A DNA stretch of 64,000 nt from Propionibacteriales bacterium (GCA_038237745.1 JBBRYJ010000003.1:67426-131425); one strand, 5' to 3'; shown: positions 1 through 9,743, numbered from the stretch's first letter. Numbers and translations are program-made. The notes: generated from the letters alone by a model not told the origin.

Positions 1-1488
1 GATTTCGGGTTCCGAGAGGCGGCGGTGGTCCGCGCCCGTGCTCAGGTTAACCGGACCTGAGGCGGTTCCTGCCGGGAGCCGAATGACGAAGCGGGCTCCC
101 TCGACGCCGTTGACGCCCGAGCCGTGCCGACCAGAGTCAGTCTGCTGTCGGCTGTCCTCGATGCAGATCGTGCCGTGGTGGCGCTGCACGACCGCCTTCG
201 CGATCGAGAGACCGAGGCCGGTTCCGCCCTGGCTCCGCGCCAGGGTGTCCTCGATGCGAGTGAATCGCTCGAAGACGCGAGCGCGGTCGGCTGGCGGCAC
301 GCCGAGACCGTCGTCGCAGATGACGAGCGAGGTCGTTGTCGTGGACTGGGACAGCTCCACGACGAGCTGTTGCCGTGCATGCCGTTCGGCGTTCTCCAAG
401 ACGTTGCGCACCAGGCGGGAAAGCTCCTCACGACTACCTTGTACAGGAGCGGCCGACACCCCCGACGTGTCCACATGGACATCTGGTCGACGCCGGAGTC
501 GCGCGACCTCCTCGAGCACGACGGTGTCGAGGTCGACCGCCTCGGCGGGCTGCCCCGACCGGCCCGAGTCCTGCTTGGCGAGGAAGAGCAGGTCGCGCAC
601 CAGCCGTTCCATCCGGTCGCTGTCGGCCAACAGGTCGGCCATGAGTCCTTGCCAGTCGACCCCGTCGGGGTGCGCCTGCGCCACCTCGAGCTGGGCGCGG
701 AAGGCGGCGAGCGGGCTCTGCAGCTCGTGGGAGGCGTCTGCCACGAAGTCCCGCTGGCGGCGGGTGGACGCCTCCAGCCTGTCGAGCATGTCGTTCATGG
801 TTGCGGCGAGACGGCCGATCTCGTCTGCCGTCGCGGGAACCGGAACCCTTCGGTCGAGCGCCGCGTCGGAGATCGCCGCGACCTCTGTGCGGATGTCCTC
901 GACCGGCTTCAGCGCGCGTCCGACCAGGAGCCGGGTGCTCACCGCCAACATGACGAGGACGACGGGTATGCCGACCGCCAGCAACCGGCGCAGCGTGGAC
1001 ACGGCCTCGGTGACCGACTCAGGGCTGGATCCGACATAGATGGTCACGGCCCCCGTGGGTGCCGTAGCTCTCTGCGCCCATACGCGGTAGGTCTCGGTCT
1101 CCGAGTCGTCCGGGGCGTTGTGCAGCGTCGTCAGCTCCGGCGTGGGCCCAGCAGGGGCGAACGAGCTGATCGGACCGTCGCCGGCGACGTTGGCCGACGC
1201 CGCGAGCACGGCACCGGAGTCGTCGACCACCTGCCCGACCGAGTTGTCTCCCAAGTCGGTGAGTGTCCGGGGCAGCGAGCCGTCGGCCACCTGCTGCGCG
1301 AGGTCGGCGACCCGAGCACGGGAGAGCTCGTCACCGTTGCTCGTCAGCGACTGCTCCAAGGTGACGAGCAGGCCGACCGCTCCGGCGACGAGGGTGGCGG
1401 CGACGACGAGGGACGCCACGATGGTGGTCCGTGCTCGGACGGACCGTAAGGCTGATCCCGTCCGAGGGCGTCGGCTCCCGGCGTCCAT
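1..1488 (-). CDS. Sensor histidine kinase; the 3' end runs off the left window edge (partial)
   Basis: My own reverse-strand translation; the frame is missing from the ORF track because no stop lies inside the window. ATG at 1488..1486 forms an ATGA overlap with the stop of the upstream response regulator. There is an N-terminal TM segment, then the H-box ADASHELQSPL and the G-box GGTGLGLSIAKAVV, followed by ARFVIRLP near the edge. Confidence 0.85.
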   Translation of the reverse strand, partial: MDAGSRRPRTGSALRSVRARTTIVASLVVAATLVAGAVGLLVTLEQSLTSNGDELSRARVADLAQQVADGSLPRTLTDLGDNSVGQVVDDSGAVLAASANVAGDGPISSFAPAGPTPELTTLHNAPDDSETETYRVWAQRATAPTGAVTIYVGSSPESVTEAVSTLRRLLAVGIPVVLVMLAVSTRLLVGRALKPVEDIRTEVAAISDAALDRRVPVPATADEIGRLAATMNDMLDRLEASTRRQRDFVADASHELQSPLAAFRAQLEVAQAHPDGVDWQGLMADLLADSDRMERLVRDLLFLAKQDSGRSGQPAEAVDLDTVVLEEVARLRRRPDVHVDTSGVSAAPVQGSREELSRLVRNVLENAERHARQQLVVELSQSTTTTSLVICDDGLGVPPADRARVFERFTRIEDTLARSQGGTGLGLSIAKAVVQRHHGTICIEDSRQQTDSGRHGSGVNGVEGARFVIRLPAGTASGPVNLSTGADHRRLSEPEI

Positions 1489-2165
1489 CAGGCGCCGTCC
1501 GCCGCCAGGCGGTACCCCACAAGTCGTACCGTCTGCAGGCTCTTGCGACCGAACGGCTCGTCGATCCGCATCCTCAGCTGGTGCACGTACACCTCGACGA
1601 TGTTGGGGTCGCCCTCGAACGCGAAGTCCCAGACGTGGGCCAGGATCTCGGCTTTGGACACCACCTCACCGCGCCGTCGTAGCAGGAACTCCAGCAGCGA
1701 GAACTGTCGTGGCGTCAGCTCGACGTGGATGCCCGCCCGGTGGACGGTGTGGCAGGCCGGGTCCAGGCTGAGGTCGCCTGCGACCAGCAGGCTCGGCCGC
1801 TCCCCACCGCCGCGTCGTAGGAGAGCGCGCAGGCGAGCGAGCAGCACGACGTAGGAGAACGGCTTCGACAGGAAGTCGTCGGCGCCAGTGTCGAGTGCGT
1901 GCGCCTCGTCGTCGTCGCCGACCTTCGCCGTCAGCATCAGGATCGGGGTCCAGTCTCCTCGCTTGCGCAGTCTGGCGCAGAGGTCGTAGCCGCTCAGCTC
2001 GGGCAGCATTATGTCGAGGACCATCGCGTCGTAGGCGTTCTCAGCGGCCAGCCAATCCGCCTCGACGCCGTCGAAGGCGACGTCGACGGCGAACCCTTCG
2101 GCAGCCAGGCCGCGTCTGACCGCGTGTGCCAGGTGCACGTCGTCGTCGACGACGAGGATGCGCAT
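1488..2165 (-). CDS. OmpR/PhoB-family response regulator
   Basis: ORF 1488..2693 trimmed to ATG at 2165 (MRILVVDDD...). It has a receiver domain plus a C-terminal winged helix (LTPRQFSLLEFLLRRRGEVVSKAEIL, VEVYVHQLR). The upstream 176 codons are Arg/Ser/Thr-rich with no recognisable features. Confidence 0.9.
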   Translation of the reverse strand: MRILVVDDDVHLAHAVRRGLAAEGFAVDVAFDGVEADWLAAENAYDAMVLDIMLPELSGYDLCARLRKRGDWTPILMLTAKVGDDDEAHALDTGADDFLSKPFSYVVLLARLRALLRRGGGERPSLLVAGDLSLDPACHTVHRAGIHVELTPRQFSLLEFLLRRRGEVVSKAEILAHVWDFAFEGDPNIVEVYVHQLRMRIDEPFGRKSLQTVRLVGYRLAADGA

Positions 2166-2298
2166 GTCTCCACCGTGCCACGCGCGCACTGAACGTGGGC
2201 TGAATCGCCCTCGGACCGGCGGCCACCGACCGCCGAGGCGGCATACCGTAATCTCCGTCCCACCCCCCGACCGGTTATTGAGGCCACTGAGGAGGACC

Positions 2299-2844
2299 GT
2301 GTCGCTTCCGACGGTCGCAGCACTGGCACCTGTCGGTGTCACCGAGCGCCCCGACCTGTTGGCCGACCCCGTGCGATCGGCCCTGGCCGACTGGCCGCAC
2401 AGCGGACGCGTCGGCGTCGTCGAGATCGACCCGGGGTTGGCCGACACCGCCGCCATGTCAGAGGCGTACGCAGTGCCGATGAACCTGTCGGCGAACTGTG
2501 TGGTCGTCATGGGAAGGAGGGGCGGCGAGGAGCGTATCGCCGCGTGCGTGGTTCTGGCCGATATGCGAGCCGACGTCAACGACGTCGTGAGGCGTTTGCT
2601 GGAGGTGCGAAAGGCGTCGTTCCTGTCGATGGAGCGGGCCATCGACGAGGCGGGGATGGAGTACGGCGGCATCACACCGGTAGGGCTGCCCACGCATTGG
2701 CGCCTCCTGGTGGCGCCCGAGGTGCTCGCAGCCTCCGTGGTGGTGATCGGCAGCGGGGTACGCCGCTCGAAGCTCGTGCTTCCGGGAGCCCTGGTCGCGG
2801 AGCTGCCGCGGGCCGAGGTGGTCGAGCGGCTGGCGTTCGTCTGA
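2299..2844 (+). CDS. YbaK/EbsC-type aminoacyl-tRNA deacylase-domain protein
   Basis: ORF 2158..2844 trimmed to GTG 2299, which is preceded by GGAGGA (2291..2296). A GGITPVG motif and the overall length are typical of the YbaK/ProX editing-domain family. Confidence 0.65.
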   Translation: MSLPTVAALAPVGVTERPDLLADPVRSALADWPHSGRVGVVEIDPGLADTAAMSEAYAVPMNLSANCVVVMGRRGGEERIAACVVLADMRADVNDVVRRLLEVRKASFLSMERAIDEAGMEYGGITPVGLPTHWRLLVAPEVLAASVVVIGSGVRRSKLVLPGALVAELPRAEVVERLAFV

Positions 2845-2891
2845 GCTGGCCGTGAACCTGTGCAGCGGAAACCGACGTAAGGAGTAGCTCG

Positions 2892-3653
2892 ATGCAGATC
2901 ACCGGAACTGCGGCGCTCGTAACAGGCGCTGCCTCAGGACTTGGCGCCGCCACGGCCCGAGCACTTGCGGACCGGGGGGCGGCGGTCTTCGGGCTCGACC
3001 TCGCCTCAGCGATCGGCGGCGGGACACCCGCTCCGCCCGGCGTCACCCTGCTCGCCGCCGACGTGACCAGTGGCGACGAGGTGACCAGCGCGCTCGACCA
3101 GGTCATGAGTGGCGCCGCACCTCTGCGCATCGTGGTCAACTGCGCGGGCATCGCGCCGTCGCGCAGGATCGTCGGTAAGAGCGGGGTCCATGATCTGGAG
3201 CTGTTCCGAACCGTCGTGACCGTCAATCTGATCGGCACGTTCAACGTCATGAGACTGGCCGCCGCCGCGATGACGGGTCTGGACCCCGACGACACCGGCC
3301 AGCGCGGTGTCGTCGTGAACACCGCCTCGGTGGCGGCGTTCGAGGGCCAGGTCGGACAGATCGCCTACTCGGCGTCCAAAGGTGGCGTCGCAGCTATGAC
3401 GATCGCCGCGGCGCGCGACCTCGCTCAGTTCGGGATCCGGGTCAACACGATCGCACCGGGAATCGTCGATACCCCCATGTTGGCGACGATAAGTGAGGAG
3501 TTCCGGGCTGGGCTGAGCGCGAGTGTGCCGTTCCCCCGGCGACTGGCGAGACCCGAGGAGTACGCCGCGCTGGTCGAGACGATCATCGGGCACGACTATC
3601 TCAACGGCGAGACGATCCGGCTCGACGGGGCGCTGCGGATGGCGCCTCGGTGA
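2892..3653 (+). CDS. Short-chain dehydrogenase/reductase, 3-hydroxyacyl-CoA dehydrogenase type-2-like
   Basis: AAGGAG RBS upstream. Contains the cofactor motif TGAASGLG and the catalytic YSASKGG. Confidence 0.9.
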   Translation: MQITGTAALVTGAASGLGAATARALADRGAAVFGLDLASAIGGGTPAPPGVTLLAADVTSGDEVTSALDQVMSGAAPLRIVVNCAGIAPSRRIVGKSGVHDLELFRTVVTVNLIGTFNVMRLAAAAMTGLDPDDTGQRGVVVNTASVAAFEGQVGQIAYSASKGGVAAMTIAAARDLAQFGIRVNTIAPGIVDTPMLATISEEFRAGLSASVPFPRRLARPEEYAALVETIIGHDYLNGETIRLDGALRMAPR

Positions 3654-3783
3654 AGGTGCCGGCTGGATGCAACGCGTCAACCCGATGCCAGGGCCGCCCG
3701 GGCCCTGGGCATAATGGACGCGTGCCTGACCTTCCGCGCGGCGGGCCAGCCCTACATCCGGCTTCGCCGACGAAGGAGCGAAG

Positions 3784-4260
3784 ATGAGTGGTCTGGTCCG
3801 CGGCGCACTTCGAGGTGCTGCCGCCGGGGCGGCGGGAACGACCGCTCTCAACGCAGTTACCTACCTCGACATGGCGGTGCGCGGGCGCGGTAGCAGCAGC
3901 ACCCCCGAGGACACGGTGGTCAGGCTGTCCGAGCTGGCGGGGGTGGAGATCCCGGGCGACGAGGAGGTCCGTGGGAACCGGATCCAGGGGCTGGCACCGA
4001 TGACGGGGATGCTGGCCGGGGTGGGCATGGGATCGCTGCTCGGGATGGTCCGGTCGACGGGACTGCGGCGCGGGATGGTCGTCGGTACCGGCGCCGCGAC
4101 CCTGCTGGCTCTGGTCGGGACCAACGGCCCCATGACGGTGCTCGGCATCACCGACCCTCGAGCGTGGGCTTTCGCCGATTGGGTGTCCGACGTCGTCCCG
4201 CACGCCGCCTACGGCTTGGTGACGTCCGCGGTGCTGCACGGCCTCGATGGCACAGGCTGA
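3784..4260 (+). CDS. Hypothetical small membrane/glycine-rich protein
   Basis: [10 protein letters not shown] ahead of ATG 3784. Gly/Ala-rich hydrophobic segments; no motif I recognise. Confidence 0.55.
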   Translation: MSGLVRGALRGAAAGAAGTTALNAVTYLDMAVRGRGSSSTPEDTVVRLSELAGVEIPGDEEVRGNRIQGLAPMTGMLAGVGMGSLLGMVRSTGLRRGMVVGTGAATLLALVGTNGPMTVLGITDPRAWAFADWVSDVVPHAAYGLVTSAVLHGLDGTG

Positions 4261-4930
4261 AACGTCCGCTCCGATCGCCGCCCCGGCTGGTGCGGCCTCG
4301 GGGTTCGACGGGTTCCCCGAGGCGGCGCTCGACTTCTACGAGGACCTCGAGAACGACAACACCAAGTCTTTCTGGACAGCGCACCGCGACGTGTACGAGG
4401 CCTCGGTCAAGGCGCCGATGAATGCCTTGCTAGCCGCCCTGGAGCCGGAGTTCGGGTCAGGAAAGGCGTTCCGGCCCTACCGTGACGTCCGGTACTCGAA
4501 GGACAAGACGCCCTACAAGAACCATCAGGGCGGCTTCGTCGAGCACGGAGTCTCGTCGGGCTGGTATGTGCAGGTGGACCCCCGCGGCGTGATGGTAGGC
4601 GTCGGCTTCTACCACGCGTCGAGCGAACGGCTGGGAAGGCTCCGCGAGGCAGTCGCCGACCAGCGGCGAGGCACCCGCATCGAGGCCATCCTCGGCGAGC
4701 TGACCGACTCGGGCTGGACCGTCGGCGGTGACCGGCTCAAGACGACCCCGCGGGGGTACGACGCGCAGCACCCTCGGATCACGTTGCTGCGGCACAAGAC
4801 CCTGACCGTGCGGAAGTCGTACGGCTTCGAGCCTGTCATCCATACCGGCGAGCTCCTAGACCTGGTGGCGCGAGACTGGCGCGCGGGGCGTCCACTCATC
4901 GAGTGGCTGGCCGATGCAGGGGTCAGCTGA
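4247..4930 (+). CDS. DUF2461 (TIGR02453) family protein
   Basis: The stretch FYEDLENDNTKSFW...YRDVRYSKDKTPYK...GFY is characteristic of the DUF2461 family. Overlaps the upstream gene by 14 nt. Confidence 0.8.
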   Translation: MAQAETSAPIAAPAGAASGFDGFPEAALDFYEDLENDNTKSFWTAHRDVYEASVKAPMNALLAALEPEFGSGKAFRPYRDVRYSKDKTPYKNHQGGFVEHGVSSGWYVQVDPRGVMVGVGFYHASSERLGRLREAVADQRRGTRIEAILGELTDSGWTVGGDRLKTTPRGYDAQHPRITLLRHKTLTVRKSYGFEPVIHTGELLDLVARDWRAGRPLIEWLADAGVS

Positions 4931-4944
4931 CCCTGACAGCACGG

Positions 4945-5436
4945 TCAGAGCATCTTGCCGAGGTGCACCGCGTCCGGCTGGTCGGCATAGTGGCCGAAGC
5001 GCGGGATGTCCAGGTAGCCCGCTGCGCGGTACAGAGCCAACGCAAGCGGCTGACGCAGCCCAGTCTCCAGCACGAGGGCGTCCGCCCCCAGTGACTGCGC
5101 AGCCATCTCCAGGCGGGTAAGCAGCCGACGCGCCACCCCTTGGCGACGGGCCCGCAGGACGACGTACATCCGCTTGATCTCGGCAGGGCACTTCGCTGGT
5201 ATGTCGAGCGGCGAGCCGTGTCGGCGGAAGCCGCCCATCGCGAGAGGCTCGCCGCTGCGGTAGACGACGAAGAAGGCGCCGCTGGGCGGGGAGAACTCGC
5301 GGTGGTCGAGGGGGGTGTCGTCCGGTCCTCCGTAGATCCGCTCGTAGTAGGCCTGGACCTCGGCGGTCAACGAGGTGACGTCGGGGTGGTCGAAGCCGAT
5401 CTGTACGAACGCCAGAGGGTCCTCGGCGCCGTCCAC
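4945..5436 (-). CDS. GNAT family N-acetyltransferase
   Basis: GTG start at 5436. Contains the acetyl-CoA motif RARRQGVARRLL. 163 aa. Confidence 0.8.
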   Translation of the reverse strand: MDGAEDPLAFVQIGFDHPDVTSLTAEVQAYYERIYGGPDDTPLDHREFSPPSGAFFVVYRSGEPLAMGGFRRHGSPLDIPAKCPAEIKRMYVVLRARRQGVARRLLTRLEMAAQSLGADALVLETGLRQPLALALYRAAGYLDIPRFGHYADQPDAVHLGKML

Positions 5437-5486
5437 CGGGCCAGGCTAGACGACCTCTTCGACCGGGGGGACCGGCGCTTCGGCTC

Positions 5487-6521
5487 CTACAGCCACCCTC
5501 GGTGCCTGAACGCGGCGTACAGCCCACCAGACAGCGCGACGATGAGGAGGCAGGACCAGATGAACCCGCTCTGGGCGGCAAAACCCGGATAGGGCAGGTT
5601 CTGGCCGTAGAAGCCGGTGATGGCGGTGGGCACGGCGATGATTGCGGCCCAGCTGGTCACCTGCTTGGTGATGATGTTGAGCCGGTTGCTCTGGATGGAC
5701 AGGTTGGTCTCGAAGATGGTGCCGACGAGGTCACGAAGAGACTCCGTCCACTCCGTCGCGCGCAGCACATGGTCGTACACGTCCTGGAAGTACGGGGTCA
5801 TGTCCTCGTGCACGACATCGAGGTCGCGCCGCATGAGGGTGTTGACCACCTCGCGCATCGGCAGGACGACCCGCCGCAGCTTGACCAGGCTCTTCCGTAG
5901 CGAGTAGCTGCGCCGCTGTACGTCGAGGTCGCGCCGCATGTCGCCGGCTCGCTCCCGCTCGCCGCCGCCCGAGCTGTCGCCGAACAGCACGTCCTCGAGC
6001 CCCTCGATCTCGTCGTCGAGGGTCTGTACGGCGTCGAAATGGCCGTCCACCACGTGGTCGACCAGACCGTAGAGCAGGAAGCCCACGCCGCACTCAGCGA
6101 GGTCGGATGAGTTGTCCCAGCGGGCGATGACGTCGTCGATGTCGAACAGATCGTCCTTTCGGATCGTCACCAGCGCCGACCGCGTGAGGAACACCGTGAT
6201 CTCGCTGAGCCGGAGCTCGCCGGTGCTCGACTCGAGAGTCACCCCGTACATGTTGAGAAGCTGGTGGTCGGCGTACCGGTCGAGCTTGGGCCGCTGATGG
6301 GACTCGATCGCATCTTCGACCGCCAGCTTGTGCAGGCCGAGCTCCTCGCCGACAAGCTCCACATCGGCGGGACTCGGTCCGCACAGGTCGATCCACACCA
6401 CGCTGTCGGGCTGGTCGATGTAGTCGGACACGTCGGCGACGGGGAAGTCGACCATGTCGAGCCTGCCGCCGCGGTAGAGCCGTGTGCGGGAGATCGCGTC
6501 GATCGCCGCCTTGGTCGTCAT
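5487..6521 (-). CDS. corA: CorA-family divalent metal (Mg/Co) transporter with a YGQN pore motif
   Basis: 344 aa with two C-terminal TM helices. The signature loop FYGQNLPYPGF sits at the end of TM1 (codons at 5598..5609). Confidence 0.9.
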   Translation of the reverse strand: MTTKAAIDAISRTRLYRGGRLDMVDFPVADVSDYIDQPDSVVWIDLCGPSPADVELVGEELGLHKLAVEDAIESHQRPKLDRYADHQLLNMYGVTLESSTGELRLSEITVFLTRSALVTIRKDDLFDIDDVIARWDNSSDLAECGVGFLLYGLVDHVVDGHFDAVQTLDDEIEGLEDVLFGDSSGGGERERAGDMRRDLDVQRRSYSLRKSLVKLRRVVLPMREVVNTLMRRDLDVVHEDMTPYFQDVYDHVLRATEWTESLRDLVGTIFETNLSIQSNRLNIITKQVTSWAAIIAVPTAITGFYGQNLPYPGFAAQSGFIWSCLLIVALSGGLYAAFRHRGWL

Positions 6522-6610
6522 GACCCGGTCGTGGATGTCATGCCGTCACCTGGCGAGGTCTGCTGCCCTCGACATCGAGCGCAAGGCCGCCCGCCCGCGA
6601 GAACGGCAAA

Positions 6611-6641
6611 GGAGGCGACGGCTGGACGTACCGGCGCCTCC
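6611..6641 (-). terminator. Candidate intrinsic terminator hairpin after the GlsB-like gene
   Basis: The arms ggaggcgacgg / ccggcgcctcc form 11 bp with one mismatch. On the minus strand a short T-rich run (tttgcc) follows. The hairpin lies 16 nt downstream of the stop at 6657. Confidence 0.45.
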
Positions 6642-6656
6642 ATTGCCACGGCAGCG

Positions 6657-6929
6657 TCAGACGCTGCTTCTGCTACGACCGCTGTAGAGCGCTGCGGCCC
6701 CCATCACGCCGATCACGGCGAGGATGACCTGGACGATCAGCTCGACCCAGTCGACTCCGCTGGTGTCCCGCATCGGGCCGACGATCGCGCTACCGATGAG
6801 CGCGGCGACGATGCCGACGACGATGGTGAGCCAGATCGGGATGTCCTGCTTGCCCGGGGCAATGGCTCGGCCGACCACTCCGAGGATGAGGCCGACGATG
6901 ATGGCCATAATGATTCCGGTGACTGTCAT
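6657..6929 (-). CDS. GlsB/YeaQ/YmgE-family transglycosylase-associated membrane protein
   Basis: 90 aa with three hydrophobic helices. The start IIMAIIVGLILGVVGRAIAPGKQ is typical of this family. Confidence 0.8.
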   Translation of the reverse strand: MTVTGIIMAIIVGLILGVVGRAIAPGKQDIPIWLTIVVGIVAALIGSAIVGPMRDTSGVDWVELIVQVILAVIGVMGAAALYSGRSRSSV

Positions 6930-7053
6930 GGTTTCTCCTGTTGGGGAAGGGTGAGTCCAGAGAGACCGGGATGGCTCTTTGTCTCATTCGTACTATATAT
7001 CGGGCTCCACCCTAGTGGGAGCCGCGGGAATTTCGCCGACGACTCACCGGACT

Positions 7054-8313
7054 TCACCATGAGGGTCGCAGTGGATAACCGGCGTCACCAGCCGGGCCCA
7101 CCTTGACGCAGAGTACCTGGTGAAGCTGCACCTCATTCGTCTCGAAACCGAGCCGGGAGCCTGCCATATAGAGGCCCCAGATCCGCGCCCTGGGTCCACC
7201 CACGTCGTCGACGCACTCATCCCAGTTCCGCTCGAGGTTGGCACACCACTGGGCGAGGGTGAGTGCGTAGTGCTCGCGCAAATTCTCCTCGTGACGCACC
7301 TCGAAGCCGGCGTCCTGTGCCGCGGTGATGACGCGCCCCGAACCGGTCAGTTCGCCGTCCGGGAAGACGTAGCGGTCGATGAACTGGCCCGTCGACACTC
7401 GGGAGTCGTTGTGCGCACGAGTAATCGAGTGGTTGAGCAGTCGTCCGCTGTCACGAAGCAGCGAATGCAGCAGCGCGAAGTACGACGAATAGTTCTGCAC
7501 TCCGACGTGCTCCAGCAGGCCGATGGAGCTGATGGCGTCGTACTCGTTCCTCGGGGCATCACGGTAGTCACGGTGCAGCACCTGCGCAGAGGAGGCCAGA
7601 CCCTGCTCCTCGATAGCGGCGCTGGCCCAGGCCGCCTGTTGAGCCGAGAGGGTCACACCCACCGCGGTCACCCCGTAGTGCTTGACGGCGTGGCGGATCA
7701 TGCCACCCCATCCGCAGCCCACGTCGAGCAGCCGCATCCCCGGGGCGAGCCCGAGCTTGCGTGCGACCAGGTCGAACTTCTCCTCCTGTGCCTCTTCGAG
7801 GCTCGAGTCCGGCTTGGGGAAGACCGCGCACGTGTAGGCCATAGAAGGCCCGAGGATCTTCTCGTAGAAGGCGTTCGAGACGTCGTAGTGGTGGGTGATG
7901 GAGCCCGCGTCGCGGCGCTTGGAATGTCTGAGCCCCTCGGCGACGCGTCGCCAACGCGGCAGAGTCTCCTCCGGTGGCGGCTCGGGAGGCAGCATCCGCC
8001 GTAACCCGAGCTCGCGTACCAGGCCGGCAGCCTCGGCCATCCCGGGCCGATGGAAGCGCCACCGACCTAGCAGCTTCATCGCCTCATACGGGTCGCCGGG
8101 GTGCACGCCCTCGAGCTCCAGGTCGCCGCTGACATAGGCACGCACTGCTCCGAGGTCTCCTGGGGCGGTCACCATGAACCGCAGCCCGCGCTCGGTCTTG
8201 AGCCGCAGAGTGACTGGCGAGTCCATAGGCCCGAGGGCGCTGCCGTCGTACGCCTCGAATCGGATGGGCGGGGACTCCGAGATCAGCCGACCTACCATGC
8301 TCGCGATCGTCAT
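7054..8313 (-). CDS. cfa: Cyclopropane-fatty-acyl-phospholipid synthase-family SAM methyltransferase (BfaB/UfaA1-like)
   Basis: 419 aa with SAM motif I LLDVGCGWGG. ATGA overlap with the upstream FAD oxidoreductase. Confidence 0.9.
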   Translation of the reverse strand: MTIASMVGRLISESPPIRFEAYDGSALGPMDSPVTLRLKTERGLRFMVTAPGDLGAVRAYVSGDLELEGVHPGDPYEAMKLLGRWRFHRPGMAEAAGLVRELGLRRMLPPEPPPEETLPRWRRVAEGLRHSKRRDAGSITHHYDVSNAFYEKILGPSMAYTCAVFPKPDSSLEEAQEEKFDLVARKLGLAPGMRLLDVGCGWGGMIRHAVKHYGVTAVGVTLSAQQAAWASAAIEEQGLASSAQVLHRDYRDAPRNEYDAISSIGLLEHVGVQNYSSYFALLHSLLRDSGRLLNHSITRAHNDSRVSTGQFIDRYVFPDGELTGSGRVITAAQDAGFEVRHEENLREHYALTLAQWCANLERNWDECVDDVGGPRARIWGLYMAGSRLGFETNEVQLHQVLCVKVGPAGDAGYPLRPSW

Positions 8314-9743
8314 CGTCGACCCACCGCCTTCTCGTAGAGCCCGGTCAGTCGGTGATCGGGGTCGTACGCCTGCTTTGCCTCCTGGTATCCGAGACCCCCG
8401 TACATCGACGCGAACGTCTGCTCGTCATAGTACGCATCGGAGTACAGCGACTTGTGTCCTTCGTGCTCGGCGACCGCCCGCTCGACATCGCGGTTGACGT
8501 CGCCGTCCGCTCTGCCAGGGGCGATCGGCACCATCCCCCAGAACCCGAGGTTGACGTAGGCCTGCCCGGCCTTGAGCGGATACAACGGCCACGTTCTCGC
8601 GGAGCTAGGCCCCGCGGGTTCTCGCAGCTGCAGTGGGCACAGCCATACCGGGGTCATGGCGACGCGGTCGGAGAACCAGCGAAGGAAGTCAGCCGCCCGC
8701 TCGAGAGGGATCTCGACATCCTGCACGACCCGCTCCTGCGCCGGCTTGCCTCTCAAGCCATCGAGGCGTGACATCACCTTGAACCGGTTCTCGAGTCCTA
8801 CGATGCGGTGGTAGACGTCGCTGCGCCGCAGGGCTCTGGGCCACAGCCGGCGCAGAGTGGGGTTCTGCGCACCGAAGGCGCCCGAGCACCAGAACCAGTC
8901 GGTGTCCCACCGCCACAGGTAGTCGGACACGGTGAGGACATCGCGAGGGCGCTGTCTGATCGAGCGGTAGAAGATTTGCTGGCCCGTGTAGTCGCTCGGG
9001 GCTCGGTTGCCCGACGAGCCCATGTCGTGCGACCAGCGACCGAGCGTGAGGTACCCCTCGTCGGTGGCGAAGATCACCCCGTCGAGGAAGTCGACGTCCT
9101 CCCCTTGCCAGCGACGCTCGCGACAGATGACCCCGACTGCGGCCATCAACTCGTCGAGGTCGGCAAACCGGACGTGCCGCAGATCGACATGCGGCCGGAC
9201 CGGCTCGAGCTCAACCCTGAGCCGGACGCAGTAGCCAAGACTTCCGTAGGAGTTCGGGAAGGCCGCGAAGAGGTCGGCGTGCGGACCCTCGGGGGACGCC
9301 GTTACCAGACTGCCGTCCCCGGTCAGGACGTCCATGTCCAGTACTGACTCGTGCGGCAGCCCGTTGCGGAACGAGGACGACTCGATGCCGAGCCCGCTCA
9401 CCGCTCCCCCCAGGGTGATCGTCTTCAGCTGCGGCACTACGAGGGGCATCAGCCCGTCCTGCAGAGTCCGTGCGACAAGTCGCTCGAACGTGCACATGCC
9501 TTGTACGTCGGCGGTCCGCGCCTCGACGTCCACACGGAGGACGCCGTTGAGACCCGACACGTCGAGACCGGCAACAGGCTGCCGCGTACGCGGGCGGAAG
9601 AGGTTCGAGGTCCGCTTGGCGAGCCGCACCTGCCGGCCCGGTGGGATCGCCGAGTATGACGCCCGTAGCGCTAGCACGGCGGCCTCGTGAGAGTCATGAC
9701 GGCTGGCAGCGGGGTCCATCTCGGCGACACTGTACGACACCAT
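8310..9743 (-). CDS. FAD-binding oxidoreductase (BfaA-like partner of the methyltransferase)
   Basis: FAD_binding_4-like segment LKTITLGGAVSGLGIESSSFRNG. The start is uncertain: ATG at 9743, 9719 or 9776. Confidence 0.8.
   Translation of the reverse strand: MVSYSVAEMDPAASRHDSHEAAVLALRASYSAIPPGRQVRLAKRTSNLFRPRTRQPVAGLDVSGLNGVLRVDVEARTADVQGMCTFERLVARTLQDGLMPLVVPQLKTITLGGAVSGLGIESSSFRNGLPHESVLDMDVLTGDGSLVTASPEGPHADLFAAFPNSYGSLGYCVRLRVELEPVRPHVDLRHVRFADLDELMAAVGVICRERRWQGEDVDFLDGVIFATDEGYLTLGRWSHDMGSSGNRAPSDYTGQQIFYRSIRQRPRDVLTVSDYLWRWDTDWFWCSGAFGAQNPTLRRLWPRALRRSDVYHRIVGLENRFKVMSRLDGLRGKPAQERVVQDVEIPLERAADFLRWFSDRVAMTPVWLCPLQLREPAGPSSARTWPLYPLKAGQAYVNLGFWGMVPIAPGRADGDVNRDVERAVAEHEGHKSLYSDAYYDEQTFASMYGGLGYQEAKQAYDPDHRLTGLYEKAVGRR

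Noticed and set aside
124-1449. 441-aa + strand ORF (and 38..1039, 1118..1771) at the left end
   Set aside because: These are antisense shadows of the minus-strand histidine kinase, whose translation gives clean H-box and G-box motifs. The + frames are Arg/Gly/Asp/His-rich with no recognisable motifs.
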